Source: Candidatus Sulfomarinibacteraceae bacterium
GTDB taxonomy: Bacteria > Acidobacteriota > Thermoanaerobaculia > Thermoanaerobaculales > Sulfomarinibacteraceae
Direction: 5' to 3'
DNA length: 64,000 bases
Assembly (NCBI GenBank): GCA_963714885.1
Contig: CAVQQV010000004.1
Location: forward strand, 24,779 to 88,778
In this document: piece after piece, positions 31,551-39,666 of the stretch
Layout: each line of letters begins with the position of its first letter
How positions within the stretch are numbered: the stretch's first letter is position 1
Made by a program: the position numbers and the translations under genes
Notes under the pieces: generated by a model
Told to the model about the DNA's origin: nothing
What the model saw: only the letters and a program-made list of their open reading frames with translations
Databases searched by the model: none

Positions 31551-31899
31551 CGTTCAGCTTCTGTATGAAGCTGTTGAGCATCTTCTTGACCTCGCTGATC
31601 TCTGTGTGCAGGTCTTCGTGAGTCCGAGGCGTCAGATACCCGAGATCACGCGCAAGCAACAACTGATACTCCGCCTCGCTGGCCGAGCCGGCGGCGATGC
31701 TCATGAACCTCGCCAATTCCGCCTCACTGTCTCGGCCGCAGCCCTCGGCGATATTCGATCCAATGGACGTGGCGGTCTTTCGCAGGTGGGCTGCGAGGCC
31801 GAATCGTTCTTCCGGCGGAAACTTTATTGTCGAGCGATAGATGTCGAGGACAAGTTGATGTGCCTTCTGCCAGACCTTGAGTTTCGTGAAGTCTCTCAC
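31537..31899 (-). CDS. four-helix-bundle protein (23S rRNA intervening-sequence protein / Avd-like family)
   Basis: MRDFTKLKVWQKAHQLVLDIYRSTIKFPPEERFGLAAHLRKTATSIGSNIAEGCGRDSEAELARFMSIAAGSASEAEYQLLLARDLGYL is a textbook member of this family as I remember it. The ORF is intact at 120 aa. Confidence 0.8.
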   Translation of the reverse strand: MRDFTKLKVWQKAHQLVLDIYRSTIKFPPEERFGLAAHLRKTATSIGSNIAEGCGRDSEAELARFMSIAAGSASEAEYQLLLARDLGYLTPRTHEDLHTEISEVKKMLNSFIQKLNAAKS

Positions 31900-31982
31900 C
31901 AGAAGCCTCGCCCACCCACCACCTGTGATCTGACGCGCTCCACGTCGCTGAAACTCACCATCCTCCCACCCAGCTTCAACAA

Positions 31983-32017
31983 AAGCTAACAGCTAAAGGC
32001 TAACAGCTAAAAGCTTT
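31983..32017. repeat. heptamer array (NNGCTAA) x5, reverse complement of the 31502-31550 array
   Basis: aagctaa cagctaa aggctaa cagctaa aagcttt. The array ends on the stop codon (32017-32019) of the convergent VWA gene. Confidence 0.95.
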
Positions 32018-33786
32018 CAGTCCGGATTCACGGCGACCGCGATGGTCTGATAGGAGTCCTGCCGGGTCAGGGGGTCGAGGACGGCGACCGCGATCTTGTA
32101 GCGACCCGATTCCATCAGCAAGGTAGTGTCGATCCCCCAACGCTGTCTCTGGGCATCTTCGTAGTCTTTCGCCGGGACACTGATCTCGTGCTCCTGGCGG
32201 ACCAGATCCGATTGTTTGCCGTTGCTGTCGCGGGCGGCCACGAAGAGCACGATCCGCCCGACGTAGTTCTCGCCCTCGGGGAGGAGGGCGATCTTGCGGA
32301 TCGGAAACGAAATGTGGGTCGGCAACAACCACCGCTTCTCGCTCGCAGTCGATGCCGTGCCGGCCTCGACCTCGACCTGCATCGGGTTGTCTTCGACCTC
32401 GAAGACCAGACTCGAGACCACCGTGTCCTGGACCTGGGTTTCGAGGGACTTCTCGACCAGCCGCGCGCGGTAGCGCAGTTCGTAGTCGTTGAACGCCGGG
32501 TCATCGCGGAGCTTGACCTTGACCTTGTGGACCTTGTCCCTGCCGCTGGCCTGCAATGGGTAACCGATGGAGTAGTAGGTGAACATGTCCTGGGTGACCA
32601 GGCTGAGCCTTGGGCCGACATCGTTGGTGTTGATGATGGCGATACCGCCGGTCTCGTCGGCCAGGAAGCGCAGGCTGTCGGTCAGGTTGTGACGCCCCAC
32701 CGAGGCCGAGAGCGGGTCCTGGGCGCTCGCGAACTCGGCGCTGCCCATGCCGCCCATGGTCAAACCCGCCGCGTCGATCGAGTAGAAGGCCACGTCCTGG
32801 GCGTTGGCGGTTGCGGCCAGACCGGCGAACGCCCTCGTCTGGTCGAACTCGTACATCCGGGTCAGGATGGACGAGCTCTGGGTGACCCTGTTGAGCTCGT
32901 AGAACAGATCCATCCCCGGGACCATCGGCAGGCCGTTGGAGACGTAGATGATGCCCTTTTTCCCGGGCAGCCCCGACAGACTGGTGATGATCTGGCGCAG
33001 GGCGTCCATGGTGAACTTGAGGTCGTTGACGCCCTCTCTGGCGTAGTTGTCGATCAGTTGATAGGCCTCGTTCCACTCACTACCGAGGTCAGAACCACCG
33101 GATGAGCCACCGGTGCCGCTCCGTTTTTCGTTCTCGATCGACTTGATGCGATCGATGATGTCTTTGCGGGTGCTCTCGTTTTCGGTGCGCCCGCCGGTGT
33201 AGCGGCGCACAGCGCGCAGGGCATCCATCACCTTGTTCGGATCCGACGTGAAGGGTTGCAGCACCTCGAAAAAGCGCTGGTAGGCCACGACCATCATCTG
33301 GGCCGGCGGGTGAAGACTGGTTCGCACGAACTCCCGTGTCTGGGAGAGCACCCGGTTGCGGTCGAGGGGGTCGAGGTTCTGGTTGTCGATGTAGAGCACC
33401 ATGTGGACCGGGATCGGCCCCGCCTCGTCGTCGGGGGCCGGCGTCGGAGTGGCCAGGGTGAAGGTGTCGTCCGCCTGGGATGCCAACTGGGTGCGGATGA
33501 TCTCGTCCGTGTAGAGCTTGAAGTTGGTGATCTGTTTGGCCTCGCCGTCCTGAAAGACCTCGAAGTCGTCCGCCGTAAGGTCAGTGATGGCGATGCCCTT
33601 CTTGTCGGTCACATAGACCACCAGATTGGCGATCGTGAGTTCATACTCATCGACAAAGGTGAGACCGCCGATGGGGCGGATCGGGTTCTCTACCTGCGGT
33701 TCTTCTTCGTCGGTGCCGGCCGATATCGGCAGAGCCAGCATCACGATCAACAGCCACGCCAAGGGACGCAGTTTTTCCACGCGCAC
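32017..33786 (-). CDS. secreted VWA-domain protein (acidobacterial TIGR03436-like)
   Basis: Intact 589 aa. Signal MRVEKLRPLAWLLIVMLALPISA; N-terminal beta domain (…LTIANLVVYVTDKKGIAITDLTADDFEVFQDGEAKQI…); VWA core (VHMVLYIDNQN…IIYVSNGLP…FYSIDAAGL); ADETGG motif. Confidence 0.75.
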   Translation of the reverse strand: MRVEKLRPLAWLLIVMLALPISAGTDEEEPQVENPIRPIGGLTFVDEYELTIANLVVYVTDKKGIAITDLTADDFEVFQDGEAKQITNFKLYTDEIIRTQLASQADDTFTLATPTPAPDDEAGPIPVHMVLYIDNQNLDPLDRNRVLSQTREFVRTSLHPPAQMMVVAYQRFFEVLQPFTSDPNKVMDALRAVRRYTGGRTENESTRKDIIDRIKSIENEKRSGTGGSSGGSDLGSEWNEAYQLIDNYAREGVNDLKFTMDALRQIITSLSGLPGKKGIIYVSNGLPMVPGMDLFYELNRVTQSSSILTRMYEFDQTRAFAGLAATANAQDVAFYSIDAAGLTMGGMGSAEFASAQDPLSASVGRHNLTDSLRFLADETGGIAIINTNDVGPRLSLVTQDMFTYYSIGYPLQASGRDKVHKVKVKLRDDPAFNDYELRYRARLVEKSLETQVQDTVVSSLVFEVEDNPMQVEVEAGTASTASEKRWLLPTHISFPIRKIALLPEGENYVGRIVLFVAARDSNGKQSDLVRQEHEISVPAKDYEDAQRQRWGIDTTLLMESGRYKIAVAVLDPLTRQDSYQTIAVAVNPD

Positions 33787-33866
33787 CTCCGTGGCGAGTC
33801 TAGCAAACCCACGCTCGTCAAATCCGTATCCTGATGGATGGCGCCTTCGTTGCCGCGGTATGATCG

Positions 33867-34451
33867 ATGGCCGTGACCGGAAAGACTGAGAAGCTGTCGG
33901 ACGAAAAGCTGGTCGAGCTCGCTCTCGACGGCGATGAGGATGCCTACGGCGCGCTCGTGCGACGCTATCAGCGGCGCCTGACGGCGTTTCTCGGGCAACT
34001 GGTCGGTGACATCGAGCTCGCGCGCGAGCTTTCGCAGGAGGCCTTCATCCGCGCCTGGTCCGCCCTCGCGAGGTTCGATCCCCGTTACCGCTTTTCGACC
34101 TGGCTGTTCAGGATCGCCCACAACCTGGGTATCGACCACCTCCGGCGGCGGCGGCTGCAGACCGTGGGTCTGTACCGGACAGACTCGGATGGCGATGAGG
34201 TGGAGGTGGTGGTTGCCGCCCTCGACAAGGACCCCCTCGGTCACCTCGAAAACAGGGCCCTGGCCGAGGAGCTGCACCAGGTCATCGACAACCTGCGGCC
34301 GGAGTACCGCGAGCTGGTTCTGCTGCGTCATTTCGGCGGGCTCAGCTATCAGGAAATCGCGGAGTTCAAAGACATGCCCCTGGGCACGGTGAAAAACAAA
34401 CTTTTTCGAGCCCACTCCGTATTACGTAGAGCGTTGGCCGCTTTCGTGTAG
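33867..34451 (+). CDS. ECF-type RNA polymerase sigma factor
   Basis: Region 2 (YGALVRRYQRRLTAFL...AQEAFIRAW...FDPRYRFSTWLFRIAHNLGIDHLRRRR) and region 4 (LRPEYRELVLLRHFGGLSYQEIAEFKDMPLGTVKNKLFRAHSVLRR). Confidence 0.85.
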   Translation: MAVTGKTEKLSDEKLVELALDGDEDAYGALVRRYQRRLTAFLGQLVGDIELARELSQEAFIRAWSALARFDPRYRFSTWLFRIAHNLGIDHLRRRRLQTVGLYRTDSDGDEVEVVVAALDKDPLGHLENRALAEELHQVIDNLRPEYRELVLLRHFGGLSYQEIAEFKDMPLGTVKNKLFRAHSVLRRALAAFV

Positions 34452-34461
34452 CGGCGGCGGG

Positions 34462-35022
34462 ATGATCGCAGAGGAGGCGCACGTGGCGAGCGAATGTCAG
34501 ACAATCCAGGAGGCCCTCTCCGAATACCGCGGTGAGGTTGTCCGTCTCGGTGCCACCGAGCGGCAGCACGTCGACGCCTGCCCGGGATGTTCGGAGGTTG
34601 CCGCCGCCGAAATGGCTCTCGGTCTCATCTTTCGCGAGGCGGTGGCGCCGGCCGACCCGTCGGTGGTCGCCGGTGTGATGTCCGCGCTGCGCCCGGTCCG
34701 GATTCGCCGTCGCGTTGTGGCATTCGTGCCCGTCGCGGCATCGCTGCTGCTCGCCGTGGTCGGCGCGGTGCTGGTCGGCGGCGTCCCCGGTAGCGGGGTC
34801 GTCTCGCTGTTGCCAGGTTGGTCGACGCAGGGATGGTCTGCCGTGCTGGGCGGGGTCTCCGACTGGTACAGCGCGACCTCGACCGTAGCCGCGGCGGCGA
34901 CCGCAGCAATCGACCCGGCCTTCCTGGCGGCAGCCGGGATGATCGGTTTGATCGGTCTTGCGGGCGTGGTTGCCACTGCCCGGCGATGGCGTAAGATCTC
35001 GCCATGGCGCAAAAGCGACTGA
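34462..35022 (+). CDS. putative membrane anti-sigma factor (Cys/His N-terminal motif + one TM)
   Basis: Immediately downstream of the ECF sigma gene. N-terminus C-x(~26)-H-x3-C-x2-C (ECQ...HVDACPGC), then hydrophobic spans. No further homology recognised. Confidence 0.5.
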   Translation: MIAEEAHVASECQTIQEALSEYRGEVVRLGATERQHVDACPGCSEVAAAEMALGLIFREAVAPADPSVVAGVMSALRPVRIRRRVVAFVPVAASLLLAVVGAVLVGGVPGSGVVSLLPGWSTQGWSAVLGGVSDWYSATSTVAAAATAAIDPAFLAAAGMIGLIGLAGVVATARRWRKISPWRKSD

Positions 35023-35867
35023 TCCTCCTTTCGACGTTCGTCTTCTGCTGGTCTTTGAGCAACGCACCGGCTGAGGCCTTGCCCAGCCGGACCGCGATTC
35101 TTGCCGACCTCGTGGTGGATGGACCTGTGGATGGCGATGTGGTCGTGTTTGCCGCCGATCTGGTTCTCGGCGAGAACGCCCGGGTGACCGGGGACGCGGT
35201 GGCCGTGGGTGGGAGTATCCAACTCGAGGCCGGCGCCGAGGTCGGCCGCCACGTGCTGGCGGTGTTGGGCACCACAGAGGTGGCCACCGGCGCCACGGTG
35301 GACGGAAGGGTGCTTTCTTTTGCATCCCTGGCGAGTCTTTCCGATGTCCAGGGTGCTGGGCCCTCCTCGCCGCGGGTCAGCGTGGCGGTACGGCTCCTGG
35401 CTTCGGGGGGGTGGCTGCTGGTCACGACCGGTCTCGCCTTCCTCTTTCCCGTTCGGTTGCGCTACGGCGCGTGGGCGTTGCCGCCCCTGAGCTACAAGGT
35501 GCCGGCGCTGGGGGCCCTCGTCGCTGTGACCGTCACCGCATCGCTGGTGGCAGCGCTTGGACTCGGACCGGCCCTCGGCGTGCCCATGATCGCGGGGTTG
35601 ATGGTCCTGTTCTTCGCCGGCAAGGCGGCGGGTCTCACCGTTCTGAGCTGTGCGGCGGGATCTGCCGTGTTGCGACGATGGCTGCACCATCCTCTGCCCA
35701 TCACCCTCGAGGTCTTTGTCGGGATGCTGGTGTTGTTGGTTCTGCGGTTTCTCCCATTTGCGGGCGAGACCCTGTGGTCCCTGCTGTCGATCCTGGCGTT
35801 GGGGGCGAGCATCGCGGTGATCGGTGTCGGGCCGGGCGAAACCGCGACCGATCCCGCACGATCCTGA
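35004..35867 (+). CDS. bactofilin-like beta-helix domain fused to a polytopic membrane domain
   Basis: Signal MAQKRLILLSTFVFCWSLSNAPAEA. Repetitive VVDGPVDGDVVVFAADLVLGENARVTGDAVAVGGSIQLEAGAEVGRHVLAVLGTTEVATGATVDGRV, then about 5 TM helices. Overlaps the anti-sigma gene by 19 nt (same operon). Confidence 0.55.
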   Translation: MAQKRLILLSTFVFCWSLSNAPAEALPSRTAILADLVVDGPVDGDVVVFAADLVLGENARVTGDAVAVGGSIQLEAGAEVGRHVLAVLGTTEVATGATVDGRVLSFASLASLSDVQGAGPSSPRVSVAVRLLASGGWLLVTTGLAFLFPVRLRYGAWALPPLSYKVPALGALVAVTVTASLVAALGLGPALGVPMIAGLMVLFFAGKAAGLTVLSCAAGSAVLRRWLHHPLPITLEVFVGMLVLLVLRFLPFAGETLWSLLSILALGASIAVIGVGPGETATDPARS

Positions 35868-35970
35868 GGCGCGCGCAAAGCCGCCAACCGTCCTCGTTTC
35901 GGGTCGGCGACGAGACGATTCTTGCCTTGAAATGCTATACTCCGCGTTCCCTTCGGGGAGAGGTGTGCGT

Positions 35971-36501
35971 GTGAAGATCGATATCTCATCTCTCGAGCAG
36001 GAACCGCTGCTGTTTGACGAGCGGTTCACGGTGGAGCCCGAGCGGCTCGATAATGAAGTTGTGGCCACGCCGGTGAAGGTCCGACTCGAGGGCGAGGTGC
36101 GGGCCGACGGCGAGGCCGTAACGGTCTTCGGCCGCTTTCGCGCGGAGGGAACGATGGCTTGTTCGCGATGTCTCGACGACGTGCAGTGGATGGCCGACGA
36201 GCCCTTTACCGTGGAGTACCGGTGGCCTGAGAAAACGCCTGGTGATGACGAGATCGGTCTCGAGGAAGAGGATCTCGATGTCTCGTTTCTCGAGGGAAAC
36301 GAGATCGATCTGTTGGAGTTGGCGGCAGAACAGATTCTGCTGACTCTGCCGATGCGAATTCTGTGTGACGAAAACTGTGCCGGGCTGTGTCCGACCTGCG
36401 GCGCCAACCGCAACCGGGCCGCCGCCTGTGAGTGCCCACCGGAGGTCGATCCGAGGTGGCTGGCTCTGGCGGATTTGAAGAGCCCGCGTTCCGAAAGCTG
36501 A
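35971..36501 (+). CDS. yceD: YceD/DUF177 family protein (precedes rpmF)
   Basis: GTG 35971 follows GGGGAGAGG. C-terminal Cys cluster MACSRCLDDV...ILCDENCAGLCPTCGANRN plus conserved synteny with rpmF-plsX. Confidence 0.75.
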   Translation: MKIDISSLEQEPLLFDERFTVEPERLDNEVVATPVKVRLEGEVRADGEAVTVFGRFRAEGTMACSRCLDDVQWMADEPFTVEYRWPEKTPGDDEIGLEEEDLDVSFLEGNEIDLLELAAEQILLTLPMRILCDENCAGLCPTCGANRNRAAACECPPEVDPRWLALADLKSPRSES

Positions 36502-36528
36502 TGAACTGAACTCGATTGGAGTCTGAAG

Positions 36529-36714
36529 ATGCCAAATCCGAAACACAAAATTTCAAGAACGCGCCGCGACAACCGACGTTCTCACGATGCCTTGACCACG
36601 CCTGGCAAGAGCCTCTGCACGTCGTGCTTCGAGCCCAAGCCGCCTCACCACGTGTGTCCACATTGCGGAAGCTACAAGGGCCGTGAGGTGATTCGGGTCC
36701 AAGAGCTCGACTGA
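36529..36714 (+). CDS. rpmF: 50S ribosomal protein L32
   Basis: MPNPKHKISRTRRDNRRSHDAL...CTSCFEPKPPHHVCPHCGSYKGREV. Confidence 0.95.
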   Translation: MPNPKHKISRTRRDNRRSHDALTTPGKSLCTSCFEPKPPHHVCPHCGSYKGREVIRVQELD

Positions 36715-36844
36715 CGACCGGGGCCTGTGGCTCATCGTTTATCACACGGGATGGCGAGGGGTGCCGGAATCCCGGGATCCCGCCACGATTTCCCGTGCGG
36801 CTTGCGGCGTGAACCGACGCCCCGAAGCAAAACCTCGGTAAGGT

Positions 36845-37873
36845 ATGCGGGTTAAGGGCCCCATTGCCGTCGATGCCATGGGAGGCGACGGAGCGCCCCA
36901 TGCGATCGTTCGCGGCGCCCTCGAAGCGGTCACCGACCTTGGAATCCCGGTCCGGCTCGTCGGGCCTCTCAAGAGATTGCGGCGCGAACTGGGGCGTTTC
37001 CGGATGCTGCCGTCAGGGCTCGAGCTGATCGATGCGCCGGATGTGGTGGGCATGCAGGACCCACCGGTCAGCGTGCTGCGAGGCAAAAAGCGGTCATCGC
37101 TCAACGTCTGCGCAGAGCTCGTCCAGGATGGCACGGCGAGAGCCATGGTAACGGCCGGCAATACCGGTGCGGCGTGGGTGGCGGCGAAGGCGGCGCTGGG
37201 AATGATCCAAGGCGTCGACCGCCCGGCCCTGGCTGCCGTCGTCCCCAAGAGCGTGGGCCAGACCCTGATTCTCGATGTCGGTGCCAACGTCGAGTGCAAG
37301 CCTCACCAGCTCGTCCAGTTCGCGGTCATGGGATCGCTTTACGCCACCGGGGTTCTCGGTGTGAAGAACCCCCGGGTGGGCCTGATGTCGGTGGGCGAGG
37401 AGGAGACCAAGGGCGGGCCGAGAGCGCGCCAGCGCAACCTCGTCCTCAAGGCGGCCGGAATCCGCTTTATCGGCAACGTGGAAGGCGGCGACGTCTTCAA
37501 CGACAAAGTGGACGTGATCGTCTGCGACGGTTTCACCGGCAATGTGATCCTCAAGGTGGCCGAGGGTTTCGGCGAAATGGTCGTCGGCATGCTGATGAAC
37601 GAGGCGAGGCAGTCGCCGATGTACGGAGCCGGCCTCCTGATGGCCAAAGGCGCCTTCCGGAATCTCCGCAGCAAGGTCGATTACTCGGAGTACGGCGGTG
37701 CGCCGCTGCTCGGGGTCAACGGTGCATGCCTGGTCTGCCACGGGAGATCCACCGCCAAGGCGATTCGGAACGCGATTCGGTTCGCTGATTCCTACGCGGA
37801 AAGTGGCGTCATCGAGACCATCGGCAACACGATCTCCGATGTCCTGGTGACCTCGTCCGAAGGAAAGGAATGA
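36845..37873 (+). CDS. plsX: phosphate:acyl-ACP acyltransferase PlsX
   Basis: IAVDAMGGDGAPHAIVRGALEA..., TAGNTGAAW, GLMSVGEEETKG, DVIVCDGFTGNVILK, GAPLLGVNGACLVCHGRS. Confidence 0.9.
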   Translation: MRVKGPIAVDAMGGDGAPHAIVRGALEAVTDLGIPVRLVGPLKRLRRELGRFRMLPSGLELIDAPDVVGMQDPPVSVLRGKKRSSLNVCAELVQDGTARAMVTAGNTGAAWVAAKAALGMIQGVDRPALAAVVPKSVGQTLILDVGANVECKPHQLVQFAVMGSLYATGVLGVKNPRVGLMSVGEEETKGGPRARQRNLVLKAAGIRFIGNVEGGDVFNDKVDVIVCDGFTGNVILKVAEGFGEMVVGMLMNEARQSPMYGAGLLMAKGAFRNLRSKVDYSEYGGAPLLGVNGACLVCHGRSTAKAIRNAIRFADSYAESGVIETIGNTISDVLVTSSEGKE

Positions 37874-37874
37874 G

Positions 37875-38813
37875 ATGAAGGCCGTTGCCGCGTTGTTCCC
37901 GGGTCAGGGGAGCCAGGCCGTTGGTATGGGCCGCGATCTCGCCGAGAGGTGGACTTCGGCTGCCGCCGTCTTCGAGGCCGTGGATAGCGGGCTTGAAAGC
38001 CCGCTCTCCGAACTCTGTTGGAATGGACCGGAAGAAGACCTCCGACTGACGGAGAACACCCAACCGGCGCTGCTCGCTCATTCGATTGCCGCGTGGTCGG
38101 TACTGTCCGGCGCCGGTCTGAAAATCGGTGCTGTGGCCGGTCACAGCCTTGGCGAGTATTCGGCGGTAGTCGCCGCCGGTGGTCTCGGCGTCGACGATGC
38201 AGCCCGCACGGTCAGGCGTCGCGGCCGGCTGATGCAGGCAGCGGTTCCGGTCGGCGAAGGCGCGATGGCCGCGGTCATCGGACTCGGGGACGATCAGGTG
38301 GAAGCGGCCTGCCGGGCGGAAGAGGCGGCCGGCGGAGGAACCGTGGCCGCCGTCAACTTCAACTCGCCGGGCCAGGTGGTGATCGCCGGCAGTTCGGCCG
38401 CTGTTGGCGGCGCCGGCGAGCGCTGCAAAGAGCTCGGTGCGCGACGGGTCCTGCCGTTGCCGGTGTCGGCGCCGTTTCACTCGCCGCTGATGGCGCCGGC
38501 TCGCGAAGGCCTGGAGCCGACCCTCCACGGGCTCGACTTCCGGCCGCTCGAGGTGCCGTTGTACCGCAACGTCGACGCGGCGGCGGTGACGGCTCCCGAC
38601 GATGTCCGCGACGGCCTGATACGGCAGGTGGACGCGCCGGTCCTGTGGTCCGAGATCGTCCGCCGGATGCTGGCCGACGGTTACAACACCTTTGTCGAGG
38701 TCGGAACCGGCAACGTCCTCTGTGGTCTGGTTCGTCGCATCGACAAAAACGCCGTGTGCTACCCGGCGGGGACGGTGGAGACGGTCGAAAAGGTGATCGC
38801 AGAATTGACCTGA
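37875..38813 (+). CDS. fabD: malonyl-CoA:ACP transacylase
   Basis: ALFPGQGSQAVGMGRDL, active-site GHSLGEYSA, NFNSPGQVVIAG, VSAPFHSPLM. Confidence 0.9.
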   Translation: MKAVAALFPGQGSQAVGMGRDLAERWTSAAAVFEAVDSGLESPLSELCWNGPEEDLRLTENTQPALLAHSIAAWSVLSGAGLKIGAVAGHSLGEYSAVVAAGGLGVDDAARTVRRRGRLMQAAVPVGEGAMAAVIGLGDDQVEAACRAEEAAGGGTVAAVNFNSPGQVVIAGSSAAVGGAGERCKELGARRVLPLPVSAPFHSPLMAPAREGLEPTLHGLDFRPLEVPLYRNVDAAAVTAPDDVRDGLIRQVDAPVLWSEIVRRMLADGYNTFVEVGTGNVLCGLVRRIDKNAVCYPAGTVETVEKVIAELT

Positions 38814-38839
38814 GAGTGGACTGGAAAACGGGGGGCCAC

Positions 38840-39592
38840 ATGGGAGAGTTCGACGGACAGATTGCAGTGATCACCGGCGGGGCGCGCGGCATTGGCGCCG
38901 AAATCGCGCGGCGGTTCGCCCGCGGTGGCGCGACGGCGGTGTGCGTTGATGTCCTCGACACTCAGGAGATCGTCGCCGAGATCATGGGCTCCGGCGGGGC
39001 GGCCGAGGGCCATCACCTCGACGTCACTGACGCCGAACAGGCAGCGGAGTGCCTCAAGGCAATCCACGATACGCACGGACGGATCGACATTCTCGTCAAC
39101 AACGCCGGGATCACCCGCGACCAGCTGCTGGTGCGGATGAAGCCCGAAGACTGGGACCTGGTCCTCGGCATCAACCTCGACGGCGTGTTCAAGGTGACGC
39201 AACCGGTGGCCAAGATGATGATGAAGGCGAAGACCGGCCGCATCGTCAACGTGGCCTCGGTGGTGGGTCTCATGGGCAACGCCGGGCAGGCCAACTACGC
39301 CGCTTCCAAGGCAGGGCTGATCGGTTTCACCAAGAGCCTCGCCCGCGAACTCGGACCACGCAACATCACGGTCAATGCGGTCGCGCCGGGCTACATCACG
39401 ACGCCGATGACCGACAAGCTCAGCGAGGACCAACGCGACGCGTTGCTCAAGAACGTCGCCATCCCGCGCCTCGGCACCCCGAGTGATGTGGCGGAGGCGG
39501 TGGCGTTCCTGGCCGGTCCCGGGGCCTCCTACATCACCGGCGTCGTGCTCAACATCTCGGGTGGGCTCTACATCTGTAGTTTTGAATTTTGA
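38840..39592 (+). CDS. fabG: 3-oxoacyl-ACP reductase
   Basis: AVITGGARGIGAEIA, NNAGITRD, SVVGLMGNAGQANYAASKAGLIGFTKSLA, ITVNAVAPGYI. The C-terminus ...ISGGLYICSFEF runs into the heptamer repeat. Confidence 0.9.
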   Translation: MGEFDGQIAVITGGARGIGAEIARRFARGGATAVCVDVLDTQEIVAEIMGSGGAAEGHHLDVTDAEQAAECLKAIHDTHGRIDILVNNAGITRDQLLVRMKPEDWDLVLGINLDGVFKVTQPVAKMMMKAKTGRIVNVASVVGLMGNAGQANYAASKAGLIGFTKSLARELGPRNITVNAVAPGYITTPMTDKLSEDQRDALLKNVAIPRLGTPSDVAEAVAFLAGPGASYITGVVLNISGGLYICSFEF

Positions 39593-39635
39593 ATTCGTTT
39601 GAATTTTGAATTCGGAATCCCACCCACCCACCCCC
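39579..39635. repeat. heptamer array (AATTTTG/AATTCGG-like) followed by CCCACCCACCCACCCCC; paralogous to 20313-20365
   Basis: agttttg aattttg aattcgtttg aattttg aattcgg aatcccacccacccaccccc. It overlaps the last 4 codons and the stop of fabG. Confidence 0.9.
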
Positions 39636-39666
39636 GGATCAGGACGAGGGAGGGGAGCCTGAAGCG

